The notes under the pieces: model-generated
Told to the model about the DNA's origin: nothing
The model's database searches: none
The model's input: the letters and a program-made list of their open reading frames with translations, nothing else
Assembly (NCBI GenBank): GCA_019192445.1
Contig: JAHCMK010000006.1
Coordinates: 91,246-155,245 of the forward strand
Length of the DNA: 64,000 nt
Source of the DNA: Oceanococcus sp. HetDA_MAG_MS8
GTDB taxonomy: Bacteria; Pseudomonadota; Gammaproteobacteria; Nevskiales; Oceanococcaceae
Direction: 5' to 3'
Part shown: piece after piece, positions 1 through 8,886 of the stretch
Numbering within the stretch: position 1 is the first letter of the stretch
How the letters are laid out: the number at the start of each line of letters is the position of its first letter
Position numbers and translations under genes: made by a program

Positions 1-14
1 TAAGCTAGATCTTT

Positions 15-599
15 TCAGTGCGGGACGGGGACATCGTCGCCGTAGAACACGGCGCAATTACCATGCATCGCACGCGCATCAGCAAGCGCCCTGTCGGCAA
101 ACACCCACAACGAGCTGGCCATGTGGTTTTTGTCAGGTATAACAACCGCGCCACCGACAGAGACCGTGAGTGTGGCCTGAGAGTCGATGGGATGGGGTAG
201 TTGCAGCGCATGAATGTTTCGAATGATTTGCTCAGCCACGCCGCGCATGCCCTCTAACTTGGACTCGGCCAGCATGACCCCAATCTCTTGTTTGCGCATA
301 CGCCCCGCGAAGTCAGCCCGACGTCGGCACCAGCGAGACACCACCTGACCTGCCTCGCGTACGTCTGCGCACAGGACCTCCGTGTGCTGCTTGTCGAGAT
401 TGTCCCGGTCGACACCATCCAGAGCTAGGAGCAATGCGCCCAAAGGTTGTTTGGTCCGTGCGCACTTCTCCCATTGTTGTTCCACGCGCTCCATGAGCAG
501 CTCGCGCACAGCTAAGCCCGATTCAGCATCGAAGCCGGCCAATTCCGGCACGGGGTCAGCGGCGCGGCGTAGGCGATTCAGCTGATTGACGTTGTGCAT
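15..599 (-). CDS. GGDEF-domain protein with degenerate active site (probably non-catalytic)
   Basis: 194-aa ORF. GGDEF-fold landmarks are visible: LLLALDGVDRDNL, TVSVGGAVV and C-terminal ADRALADARAMHGNCAVFY (cf. AD.ALY.AK..GRN). The slot normally occupied by RxGGEEF reads RMRKQEI. No N-terminal sensor domain. Confidence 0.6.
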   Translation of the reverse strand: MHNVNQLNRLRRAADPVPELAGFDAESGLAVRELLMERVEQQWEKCARTKQPLGALLLALDGVDRDNLDKQHTEVLCADVREAGQVVSRWCRRRADFAGRMRKQEIGVMLAESKLEGMRGVAEQIIRNIHALQLPHPIDSQATLTVSVGGAVVIPDKNHMASSLWVFADRALADARAMHGNCAVFYGDDVPVPH

Positions 600-666
600 C
601 TGCGGTCTCCTCGCTAGCCAGGCCTTTAGCTAAGCAAACTGCAGATAAACGAAGTATCAAGCCGCG

Positions 667-1389
667 TTAATTGCCTCCTAATGCGCCCACCGATCGGCGC
701 GTGGCATGAGTGCCCTCAACCGTGGTGACGCCACAACTCGCTCCGCGATCTTGCTGCCAAGTTTGCAGCCATGTTTCGGCGTCTAACCCGCCCATACAGT
801 CGGCTTGCTGAGGGTCCTGGGCTAAAACCTCAAAGCGCTTTTTCCAGCCGCGCAAGCTATTCGGTGTTTTCTCATAAATGATGAGGGCGGCAACGCTAGG
901 CTCGGCGCTCCAATCCATAATGGCCATGTACGGTTTGTTCACGGCCACGGACCAGCCAAAGTTACTGCCTTGTTTGACATGGCCACGCACAACGTTCCCA
1001 TCAAAGTACCAAGCATCGGCATTGGGGTTTACGCGGTACATCATGCGCACCATGGGTTGTGAGGGACTACCCACCACCCGATGGTGATCGTCTTCATAAA
1101 GCACCCGCTCAGAGCTATCTTGCCCAACTACCAAGGTCCCCAATTTTGAGTCACCGACGCTGGGGTTGGGGTTATCGCCTTCAATACGCAGTCCCAAGTC
1201 TGGCCCTGGAGTACCTGGAGGCCGCAAAACCTCCGAGAAGCTGGGTGCGGGCAGATCTGACTCCACGGCGGGCTGAGCATCATCCGCCCAGGCGATTGGG
1301 TGGCAGAACATCGCTCCCAAAAGCCAGCACAAGCCCATAAGCCTCCAGTGCAAGGGCTTTATCACAGTGAGTCGCAAACCCATGTCCAT
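667..1389 (-). CDS. hypothetical secreted protein
   Basis: The ORF runs to 1422. An internal Met (MDMGLRLTVIKPLHWRLMGLCWLLGAMFCHPIAWA/DD) gives a plausible signal peptide. No recognisable family motif. Confidence 0.4.
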   Translation of the reverse strand: MDMGLRLTVIKPLHWRLMGLCWLLGAMFCHPIAWADDAQPAVESDLPAPSFSEVLRPPGTPGPDLGLRIEGDNPNPSVGDSKLGTLVVGQDSSERVLYEDDHHRVVGSPSQPMVRMMYRVNPNADAWYFDGNVVRGHVKQGSNFGWSVAVNKPYMAIMDWSAEPSVAALIIYEKTPNSLRGWKKRFEVLAQDPQQADCMGGLDAETWLQTWQQDRGASCGVTTVEGTHATRRSVGALGGN

Positions 1390-1696
1390 GCTGTGCCGTC
1401 TCCACTCAAGCCAGCCTGCCAAGCGAAGCCCTCAGATTTGTCGAGCTTTGCGCTTGACCCCGACATTACCCAGGAAGAGCACAGCTGGCAATGCACAGGG
1501 CAAGCCACGAAAGCACGCCCATGCGCCACAGCAACAAGCGAACTGCAGCTCCTGCGCTGACAATGATGACGACGCGAGTCACCATCGAGCCGCTAGCCCA
1601 ACTCAGGGGCAACCTGAAATGAAACAGATCAGCACAAATTAGTACACGGTAACTTGGTGGGCTAGGCCCCAGCCTGCAGAGCGATGATCTGCGAAC

Positions 1697-3223
1697 TCAG
1701 TAACGCCAAGCCACACCGATGGTCAGTTCGTACTGGCGCATGTTGAGGATGATGTCCTGATCATCGGCGTCTGTTCCGAAGGCTTCTGAGGTGTCCTGGC
1801 CAAGCAGGTCGGTGATGAGATCCAGGCCCAGTCCTTCTCCGGCCAAGCCCAAGACCCCCACGTCGGTGTTCGACAAGGGGTTTTTGCCGCGCACAGGGTT
1901 TTGCGGAGCGTACATGGCCGCCGCTTCAATGTAGAAGCCGGGGCGCCAGCGCCAGCTGATTCCAGCCGTGAAATGCTCTTCGATCACCCCTGGAGCCAGT
2001 ATGTTGAACAAGACCTCGCTGGAGGGGATGGGCTGGCTGTCAGCCACACTGTAGCCGGCACGCAGGCGGTGCGGTCCCCAGCGATATTGCACGCCTACTT
2101 TGTGCACTTCCATTTCTTGCCAGCCAAAACCAGGCCCAGTCGCTGCACCTAAGCAAGCCCCGCTGGGCTCTGTGGAGCCTAAGCCTGGCGCCACCGAAGC
2201 GAACAGCCGTGGGATGGCACATTCGTTGACAAAGCGGTTGGGGTCCAGCGGATTCCCCACGGAGCGAACCTGGTTGTAGTCCATATATTGGTAGTCGTAG
2301 ACCAGGTCCCAGTTTTCAAACAGGTGCAAGGCCACGCCTGCGTTCCAGGTTTCGGGAATATCAAAGTCGCCTTGCTCAGCAAACAAACCTGCGTAGTCGT
2401 CAAAGGCTTGCATCCAGACCCGTGACTGATAGGACGCCCCCAGGCTCACAGCCTTCCCGGCGCCGGTGAGAAAACCAATGCGGTAGCCCCCGCCATAACT
2501 CAGCTCATGACCGTTGTCGCTGACTTTATCCGGCTGATTAGAGAAGGCTGCAAACGCGCCCAAGCCCTGAGCGGCAAAACGGCTGAGAGCCAGCAAGGGT
2601 GCGACCCCGATAGAACTATGCTCACCAATGCGCATGGACATGGAGGGAGCGATGAACATAATGGCCAAGTCCACGCCAGACAAAGCACGCGAGTTTCCGC
2701 AGAAGCCCGCGTTGTCGGCTCCTTGCGGATCACCACCGCCAAAGGTACCGTCGCACTGCGCTTCAAAACCTGGCAGATTCTCGCCGAAAATAGCTGAACC
2801 TCCCGAGTACTCGGTATTCATTCCGCCTTTGCCGTAAGCGGAAATACCCCAGCTATAGCGCTCACCCCACAGACGGTTGTAGCTGAATGCGGGAATGGGA
2901 AACAGCTCGTTACCACTACGGATTTGTCCGGGGCTAATTTTGACAATGCCCGACTCTGCATTCTCGCCGCGCTCCGTGGCGCGGTGGTCGCGGATGGGTT
3001 GGAACAGGCTCAAGCCTGCTTCGGTACTGTTTCCGGCCCAGACCATGCCAGCCGGGTTAATACTGACGATGAGGGCATCCTCAACCAATGCCGTACCAGC
3101 ACCGCCGAGGGCCTTCTGGCTCAGACTGAAGCCATGGGGAAAGTAGCCATTGGTGGCCGTAACGGCCGTGCTCACCAGCCAGCCTAGAGCGGCCAAAGCT
3201 ATCCGTGCAGAAAAATGACTCAC
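1697..3223 (-). CDS. FadL/OmpP1/TodX-family outer-membrane hydrophobic-compound channel
   Basis: 508 aa. Signal peptide followed by TNGYFPHGFSLSQKALGGAGTA, the typical FadL N-terminus. Gly/aromatic-rich beta-strand pattern, with C-terminal TIGVAWRY ending in an aromatic residue. Confidence 0.8.
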   Translation of the reverse strand: MSHFSARIALAALGWLVSTAVTATNGYFPHGFSLSQKALGGAGTALVEDALIVSINPAGMVWAGNSTEAGLSLFQPIRDHRATERGENAESGIVKISPGQIRSGNELFPIPAFSYNRLWGERYSWGISAYGKGGMNTEYSGGSAIFGENLPGFEAQCDGTFGGGDPQGADNAGFCGNSRALSGVDLAIMFIAPSMSMRIGEHSSIGVAPLLALSRFAAQGLGAFAAFSNQPDKVSDNGHELSYGGGYRIGFLTGAGKAVSLGASYQSRVWMQAFDDYAGLFAEQGDFDIPETWNAGVALHLFENWDLVYDYQYMDYNQVRSVGNPLDPNRFVNECAIPRLFASVAPGLGSTEPSGACLGAATGPGFGWQEMEVHKVGVQYRWGPHRLRAGYSVADSQPIPSSEVLFNILAPGVIEEHFTAGISWRWRPGFYIEAAAMYAPQNPVRGKNPLSNTDVGVLGLAGEGLGLDLITDLLGQDTSEAFGTDADDQDIILNMRQYELTIGVAWRY

Positions 3224-3403
3224 CTGCGTCTCACCTGATCTCGTTGGGGGAGGGGCGCGTGTCCTGTGCGCCGTAGCAGCAAATGATCGGGCACAACATG
3301 GTCTTATGCAAGCACGTGACTTAAATTATGAGCTCCCTATAACCAAAAGCTATAACAGCGTGCTGCCGACGAATCGCTGCGAATAGCCCTAGTGCACACC
3401 GGC

Positions 3404-3787
3404 TCAGAGCTTGAGTAATTCCGGGACGCCCGCGTCCACTAGTACGTGCACTTCCGGGTGTCCCTGTTCTATGAGGGTCTGCGCCACCTTTTGAGCGCGG
3501 CCTCCGGAACGGCAAACCAACAACAAAGGCTTATCGGCCGGCACGCGCGAAGCAATGGTGGCCCATTCTCGGGGCGGCACCCAGGTGGCGTTGGGGAGAT
3601 GGCCCTCTTCCCACTCTTCCTGGGTGCGCACGTCCACGACTGTGAGGTCTGGCTGCTGCAGCAAAATCTGGGCGCTACGCAGCGACTCCAAATGTAAGCG
3701 AGCGTCCGCTGGCTGCGAGCAAGCAGCGAGCCAAGTCAGAGTCAGACACAGGCATAAGCCATGGCGAAACACGATGGACTTGATCAA
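3404..3787 (-). CDS. rhodanese-domain sulfurtransferase, lipoprotein
   Basis: 127 aa. Lipobox LTWLAAC. Rhodanese motifs VVDVRTQEEWEEGHLP and active-site loop CRSGGRA. Confidence 0.8.
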   Translation of the reverse strand: MIKSIVFRHGLCLCLTLTWLAACSQPADARLHLESLRSAQILLQQPDLTVVDVRTQEEWEEGHLPNATWVPPREWATIASRVPADKPLLLVCRSGGRAQKVAQTLIEQGHPEVHVLVDAGVPELLKL

Positions 3788-3850
3788 GTTATTCCTTTCC
3801 TTGTCTGTGGCGCCAGCGCCGACGGAGGTTTAACCTCAGGGCTGGCTTTT

Positions 3851-4501
3851 ATGAGCGAGTCCCACATGAGTTTACGCCTCGGCGACACCGCCCCAAACTT
3901 CCAAATCGAGACCACCACTGGCCCTATCGACTTCCACGAGTGGGCTGGCGACTCCTGGGTATTCTTTTTTAGCCACCCCGCCGACTTTACCCCGGTTTGC
4001 ACCACCGAGATGGGCCGCACCGCCCAGCTGGACGGCGAGTTCAATGCACGCAAGGTAAAGCCCTTAGGACTGTCCACCGACACGGTGGATGAGCACCTGC
4101 GCTGGATTGAAGACGTCAATGCCACCCAAAACACCACACTGCGCTTTCCCATTGTGGCGGACAAGAATAAGGCTATTGCCGCCATGTACGACATGATCCA
4201 CCCCGGTGAATCGGATACCGCCACAGTGCGTTCGGTCTTCATCATCGACCCGGCCAAGAAAATTCGCCTGACCATGACCTACCCCATGAGCGTAGGCCGT
4301 AACTTCAGCGAAATTCTGCGGGTGATCGACGCCCTGCAACTAGGTGATGCCCACAAGGTGGCCACGCCGGCCGACTGGTCCCCAGGGGCCAAGGTGATCA
4401 TTCCGCCGAGCATTGCCAACGAACAGGCCAAAGATCTGTTTCCGCAGGGATGGGATGAAATACGGCCCTACCTGCGGATGACGGAGGTACCCGACTCCTG
4501 A
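3851..4501 (+). CDS. 1-Cys peroxiredoxin (Prx6 subfamily)
   Basis: LGDTAPNFQIETTTGPIDFHEW...WVFFFSHPADFTPVCTTE is the Prx6-type peroxidatic Cys motif. The track ORF starts at 3761 but that overlaps the divergent rhodanese gene. ATG at 3851 or 3866 gives the expected size of about 211-216 aa. Confidence 0.85.
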   Translation: MSESHMSLRLGDTAPNFQIETTTGPIDFHEWAGDSWVFFFSHPADFTPVCTTEMGRTAQLDGEFNARKVKPLGLSTDTVDEHLRWIEDVNATQNTTLRFPIVADKNKAIAAMYDMIHPGESDTATVRSVFIIDPAKKIRLTMTYPMSVGRNFSEILRVIDALQLGDAHKVATPADWSPGAKVIIPPSIANEQAKDLFPQGWDEIRPYLRMTEVPDS

Positions 4502-4508
4502 CCGGATG

Positions 4509-4544
4509 GGCCGTCGGGTGCAGCTGCGGTTGTGCTCGACGGCC
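4509..4544. terminator. candidate bidirectional hairpin between convergent genes
   Basis: GGCCGTCG (4509-4516) pairs with CGACGGCC (4537-4544), followed by a T-rich run. It lies between the stops of the peroxiredoxin (+) and haem protein (-) genes. The loop is long (20 nt), so this is a weak call. Confidence 0.35.
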
Positions 4545-4550
4545 TGCTCT

Positions 4551-5147
4551 TTATTCGCCTTCGGCCCGCAAGCGCTTGAAGGCAAACGCGCCGCGCTGAT
4601 CGCCAACGGCGTAACCCGTAGCGAGGTCATGGGGATACTCTAGGGCCAAACGCTCCCGGGTCGCCGGCGCGATGTCGGCGCTGCCGCCATGACACGCCGT
4701 GCAATGCGGCGCCAGCGGAATCTCCTGCAGATAGCGCTGCATCACACCCGCAGGCTCCGTCGTGGTCGTCTGCAGACTCTGTGGCGGTAGCTTGGGATTC
4801 TCTGCACGCGCCTTCTGCCAGGCCAACAGCTGCTCCTGCTCCCAAGCATCCGGCGTTCCCAGCAAGGGGTTGCGCGGCTGCAAGCTCACCCTGCGCACCT
4901 GCCAGCCGCTCTCGCGTGACAACCGCGCCGCCACCGCCGGCGCCACATCCTTGCAGACACCCACAGCGGACTCCGGCCCACCGGCCTGCATAGCCGACAT
5001 CATGGCCGGCGCCAGTTCACCGCGCATTTTTTGCACCAGCATTGCAGGGTCATCTCCTGCAGCCTGAGCAGCCGTTGCAAGGAGTACAAGGCCAATAACC
5101 AGTAGGAATCCACTGCGGCGAATTAAGTTGCTGGCGATGTTGAGCAT
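4551..5147 (-). CDS. DUF3365 (Tll0287-like) periplasmic c-type haem protein
   Basis: Start taken at MLNIASNLIRRSGFLLVIGLVLLATAAQA (signal peptide); ATG confirmed at 5147-5145. Single CTACH haem-c motif near the C-terminus. Family-typical RVSLQPRNPLLGTPDAWE and YPHDLATGYAVGDQRGAFAFK. Confidence 0.65.
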   Translation of the reverse strand: MLNIASNLIRRSGFLLVIGLVLLATAAQAAGDDPAMLVQKMRGELAPAMMSAMQAGGPESAVGVCKDVAPAVAARLSRESGWQVRRVSLQPRNPLLGTPDAWEQEQLLAWQKARAENPKLPPQSLQTTTTEPAGVMQRYLQEIPLAPHCTACHGGSADIAPATRERLALEYPHDLATGYAVGDQRGAFAFKRLRAEGE

Positions 5148-5253
5148 GGTCGTTGTCACCTTCAGATGTTTCAAGGACCTCGGCGCGACTGTTCTCGATA
5201 GGTCTACTTCGCGGCCGCGACAACACGATGCGCGAAACCCGCACCCTGTACAC

Positions 5254-5283
5254 AACGATATAATACTATTAGTGAATATCGTT
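5254..5283. promoter_or_regulatory. perfect 8-bp inverted repeat overlapping a consensus -10 in the sqr / haem-protein divergent region
   Basis: AACGATAT (5254-5261), a 14-nt spacer, then ATATCGTT (5276-5283). TATAAT on the + strand at 5259-5264, about 115 nt upstream of the sqr ATG. Confidence 0.45.
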
Positions 5284-5380
5284 ATTCCACAAGACGCATA
5301 CCATAGCTGAAGTAGAGCGAGCAGCAAACCGCGCTCGCCCACACTGGACAAGATGACCCGCTGCGGTCAGGAGACACGAC

Positions 5381-6625
5381 ATGAAGACTTCCTCCCCGCG
5401 CGTTGTGGTGATCGGCGGCGGTTCCGGCGGGCTGACCACAGCCTCAATGCTGTTGCGCAAACGGCCCAACCTGAAGCTGACGATTGTGGAACCCAGCGAT
5501 TTTCACTACTACCAACCTGCCTGGACCCTGGTTGGCGGAGGCTGTTACGCGGCCGAAAATACTCGGCATCTCATGAGCCAGGTCATCCCCGACGGAGCCG
5601 AGTGGGTTCAGCAAAAAGCCATGGGCTTCGCACCGGAGCAGCAGCAGGTCGAATTGGATGACGGCCGGCGGCTCGACTACGACATCCTCATTGTGGCCAT
5701 GGGCATCCAGATCGATTGGGACAAAGTCGAGGGTTTGAACGAAACGCTAGGCCGCAACGGCGTCTGCAGCAACTATCGCTATGACATGGCCCCCTACACC
5801 TGGGAGTGCATTCAGAATCATCGGGATGGGCCGGCGCTGTTCACCCAACCGGTGATGCCAATCAAGTGCGCAGGTGCGCCGCAGAAAATCATGTACCTGG
5901 CCGCCGATGCCTGGAAGACGGCCGGCAAAACACCCCCGATCAGCTTCCACACGCCGGGCGGCGCCATGTTCGGGGTGCCGTTTTACGCCGAAGCGCTGGA
6001 TAAGGTGGTTGCCAGTTACAACATCGCACCGCGGTTTGGTGAAGAGCTGATCAGCGTTGATGGCGAACGCCGGGAGGCCCTGTTTCGGCAGGGCGGTGAT
6101 GCCCCGCACGACGTCCGTCGCAGCTTCGAGATGCTCCATGTTACCCCGCCGCAATCCGCCCCAGAAGTCATCAAGACAAGCCCATTGGCAGCCGAGTCGG
6201 GGTGGATGAGCGTGGATAAACACAGCCTGCAGCACACCCAATTTGCCAACATCTTCGGCCTGGGTGATTGCACCACCACACCCAACAGCAAGACGGCTGC
6301 GGCCGTGCGCAACCAAGCCCCAGTCGTGACGAGTAATGTTCTGAAGGTGTTGGCTGGATGCAACCCGGATGCTCACTACGACGGCTACGCCTCCTGTCCT
6401 CTCACCACCTCCCGCGGCAAGATCATCCTCGCGGAATTTGGTTACGACGGTGTGGTGATGCCCAGTTTTCCCTTGGATCCGCGCATCCCGCGCCGCTCCT
6501 ACTGGTGGCTCAAGGAATCCTTTCTGCCTCGGCTGTACTGGCATTTCATGCTTAAGGGTCGCCCCGGACCCGACTGGCATCACGCGCGAGCTTTCCCCGC
6601 CACGGTACCCGCCATCACTCCGTAG
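5381..6625 (+). CDS. sqr: sulfide:quinone oxidoreductase, type II (SQRDL-like)
   Basis: 414 aa. N-terminus RVVVIGGGSGGLTTASMLL...LTIVEPSDFHYYQPAWTLVGGG closely parallels the human SQRDL FAD-binding and signature segment. FAD/NAD-disulfide oxidoreductase fold. Confidence 0.8.
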   Translation: MKTSSPRVVVIGGGSGGLTTASMLLRKRPNLKLTIVEPSDFHYYQPAWTLVGGGCYAAENTRHLMSQVIPDGAEWVQQKAMGFAPEQQQVELDDGRRLDYDILIVAMGIQIDWDKVEGLNETLGRNGVCSNYRYDMAPYTWECIQNHRDGPALFTQPVMPIKCAGAPQKIMYLAADAWKTAGKTPPISFHTPGGAMFGVPFYAEALDKVVASYNIAPRFGEELISVDGERREALFRQGGDAPHDVRRSFEMLHVTPPQSAPEVIKTSPLAAESGWMSVDKHSLQHTQFANIFGLGDCTTTPNSKTAAAVRNQAPVVTSNVLKVLAGCNPDAHYDGYASCPLTTSRGKIILAEFGYDGVVMPSFPLDPRIPRRSYWWLKESFLPRLYWHFMLKGRPGPDWHHARAFPATVPAITP

Positions 6626-6730
6626 AGCCCGCTTGGTCAGCAGCCGCGAGCCCAGCCCCTACTGAAGCCTCCACGGCCCTGAAACTGACTAAGACTGACG
6701 CCGGGATGCATTTGCGGCGAACATAGGTGG

Positions 6731-7561
6731 ATGCGCGACTTACTCATGCGCCGCCGCTTGGCCCAATGGAGCCGAGGCGCACTCATCACACTCATCTGCA
6801 CGGTGCTCGCTGCACCCTTGGTGGCCATTGTGCTTGGGGCCCTGCACAGCCCCGGAGACGTTCCTGCGCCTGGCGATCTTTGGCCATGGCCGCCCAGCCT
6901 GGCTAGCCTACAAGCAGCCTTTAGCACCATCCCTTTAGCCAGCGGCCTATGGAACTCTTTTCTGATTAGTCTGGGCTTCGTGGTGGTTGCCGTTCCTCTC
7001 GCAGCAGCCTGTGGCTTTGCCTTGCGATTTTTCTCCCCAGCATGGCGTTGGAGCAGTTACGGCCTGCTGGTGCTGGCCGCTTCTGTACCGGATGCAACCA
7101 CGTGGCTGCCACGCTTTTTGGCTTATCAGTGGCTTGGTATAGCCGATAGCTGGTGGCCTCTGTGGATTCCGGCCATTGCCGGAGGCAGCCCTCTGCTGGT
7201 GCTGCTGTTTGCGGTGGCTTTCGCGCGCCTGCGCTTGTCACCCCTGCTCGCGGCTCGTTTGGAAGGCTTGCCTTGGTGGCGGATCTTTGTACTGCTGGCT
7301 TGGCCGCAGGTGCGCCCAGCCACCTGGGCAGCTGGAATATTGGCGGCGGCCATGTCTTGGGCCAACTTTGCCCATACCTTGCTCTACCTGCAATCCCAAG
7401 AGGAACAGACCGCGCCGACCCTCATACATAGCCTCAGCCTGCTTGGCGCCAGCTACTGGCCGGTGCTGATGGCCAGCGCCTTGCTAGTGGCGCTTCCGGT
7501 ACTTTTGCTCATCGCCGCACTACCGGTCATTCTTGATCACGCTTTGGAGGACCAACCATGA
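6731..7561 (+). CDS. ABC transporter permease (CUT1/UgpE-MalG-like)
   Basis: 276 aa, about 6 hydrophobic segments. EAA-type loop AARLEGLPWWRIFVLLAWPQVRP. The stop overlaps the start of the binding-protein gene (ATGA at 7558-7561). Confidence 0.6.
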   Translation: MRDLLMRRRLAQWSRGALITLICTVLAAPLVAIVLGALHSPGDVPAPGDLWPWPPSLASLQAAFSTIPLASGLWNSFLISLGFVVVAVPLAAACGFALRFFSPAWRWSSYGLLVLAASVPDATTWLPRFLAYQWLGIADSWWPLWIPAIAGGSPLLVLLFAVAFARLRLSPLLAARLEGLPWWRIFVLLAWPQVRPATWAAGILAAAMSWANFAHTLLYLQSQEEQTAPTLIHSLSLLGASYWPVLMASALLVALPVLLLIAALPVILDHALEDQP

Positions 7562-8886
7562 GGCGAACACACTTCAGCACACTGGTGGCATTTAGCCTCA
7601 TTGCTCTGGGCTCCTTGGTTGGCTGCGATCAATCCACCACTCCCGAGCGCCCCACCATCCGGCTTCAAGCGGTTGCCGACCCCGCCGAAGCCGAGGCCTA
7701 CCGGAAGATGCTCGATGCCTTCCAAGCCACCCGGCCCGATGTGGAGGTGGAATTTGTCCCGGTTGGCCGCCATCCTGAGCACGTGACGCGGGTGGTCACC
7801 GCCCACGCCGCGGGGAATGCGCCGGATGTGTTTTTGATTAATTTTCGGCGCTGGGGCCAGTTCCTCAGCCATGACTTGCTTGAACCTGTAGGCCCACTAC
7901 TGGGCGATCTCCCCAGCCATCAGCCAGACCAGTTCTATGCACCGCCATTGGAGGCATTTACACGCAATGGGGTGCTTCTGTGCATGCCGCAAAATGTCTC
8001 ATCGCTGGTGGTCTACTGGAACCGAGAGCAATTTGCCGCTGCAGGCGTAGCTCCACCCCAGCCAGATTGGACCTGGACCGATTTCCACGATGCCGCCAAG
8101 GCCCTCACCAGAGATCTCGATGGAGATGGAGCTATCGATGTGTACGGCCTGGACTTAGATCCCTCCATCGTCCGCCTCGCCCCCTTCATTTGGCAGGCTA
8201 AAGGACGCATTGTCGACAACACCGACAGCCCATCACGATTCATGTTGGCGGGTCGTGGTGGAGCGCTGGGACTCATGTTCTTGAAGCGCCTCAAAAATGA
8301 GGTCGGCGTGATGCCCAGCTTAAGGGAGCGGCGTGGCGAGGATCCGGAGTCGCGCTTCATGCGCGGCGGGGCAGCCATGATTTTGCAAAGCCGCGTGTTC
8401 ACCCCAAGACTGCGAGCCGCCCGCGGCCTGGACTGGGATATCGCCCCCATGCCCAGATACTTGGAGGCGGCCTCGGTACTCCACTCCGATGCCTATTGTC
8501 TGTCCCGGCAAAGTCAGCAACGGGACTTAGCCCGCGATCTCATTGCCTTTGCCACTGGCGAGCAGGGCCAGGCCATATTGGCACGCACCGGACGCATCGT
8601 TCCTGTGCGCAAAAGCGTCGCACAAAGCGTCGCCTTTTTAGATCCGCGACAGGCCCCGCAGTCAGCACAGGTTTTCTTGGACGCCATCCCTAGCTTGCGA
8701 CGCACACCCAACACCCCCACGTGGTACGAAATTGAGACGCGCATCAACCCCATCCTCGAAGAGTGGATGTTTGAGCCTGCCGGACGAATGGCGGGTGAGG
8801 CCAACTATGGCTTGGTCGATGGAGTGCGAGTGGCCGGGATGATTCAAGAAGCCGCCCAACATCTGTTGAGGGACACGCAACCGTGA
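7558..8886 (+). CDS. ABC transporter periplasmic solute-binding lipoprotein (family 1, sugar/glycerol-phosphate type)
   Basis: 442 aa. Lipobox LGSLVGC. Size and composition are typical of CUT1 binding proteins, and the gene is embedded in the ABC operon. Confidence 0.7.
   Translation: MRRTHFSTLVAFSLIALGSLVGCDQSTTPERPTIRLQAVADPAEAEAYRKMLDAFQATRPDVEVEFVPVGRHPEHVTRVVTAHAAGNAPDVFLINFRRWGQFLSHDLLEPVGPLLGDLPSHQPDQFYAPPLEAFTRNGVLLCMPQNVSSLVVYWNREQFAAAGVAPPQPDWTWTDFHDAAKALTRDLDGDGAIDVYGLDLDPSIVRLAPFIWQAKGRIVDNTDSPSRFMLAGRGGALGLMFLKRLKNEVGVMPSLRERRGEDPESRFMRGGAAMILQSRVFTPRLRAARGLDWDIAPMPRYLEAASVLHSDAYCLSRQSQQRDLARDLIAFATGEQGQAILARTGRIVPVRKSVAQSVAFLDPRQAPQSAQVFLDAIPSLRRTPNTPTWYEIETRINPILEEWMFEPAGRMAGEANYGLVDGVRVAGMIQEAAQHLLRDTQP

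Noticed and set aside
3761-3850. Upstream extension of the peroxiredoxin ORF (30 extra codons)
   Set aside because: It would overlap the divergent rhodanese coding region. The family N-terminus (SLRLGDTAPNF) starts right after the internal ATGs at 3851 and 3866.
5747-6583. 278-aa minus-strand ORF
   Set aside because: It lies entirely antisense within the sqr gene, which has strong family motifs. Its Arg/Gly/Ala-rich composition is typical of spurious antisense frames in high-GC DNA.
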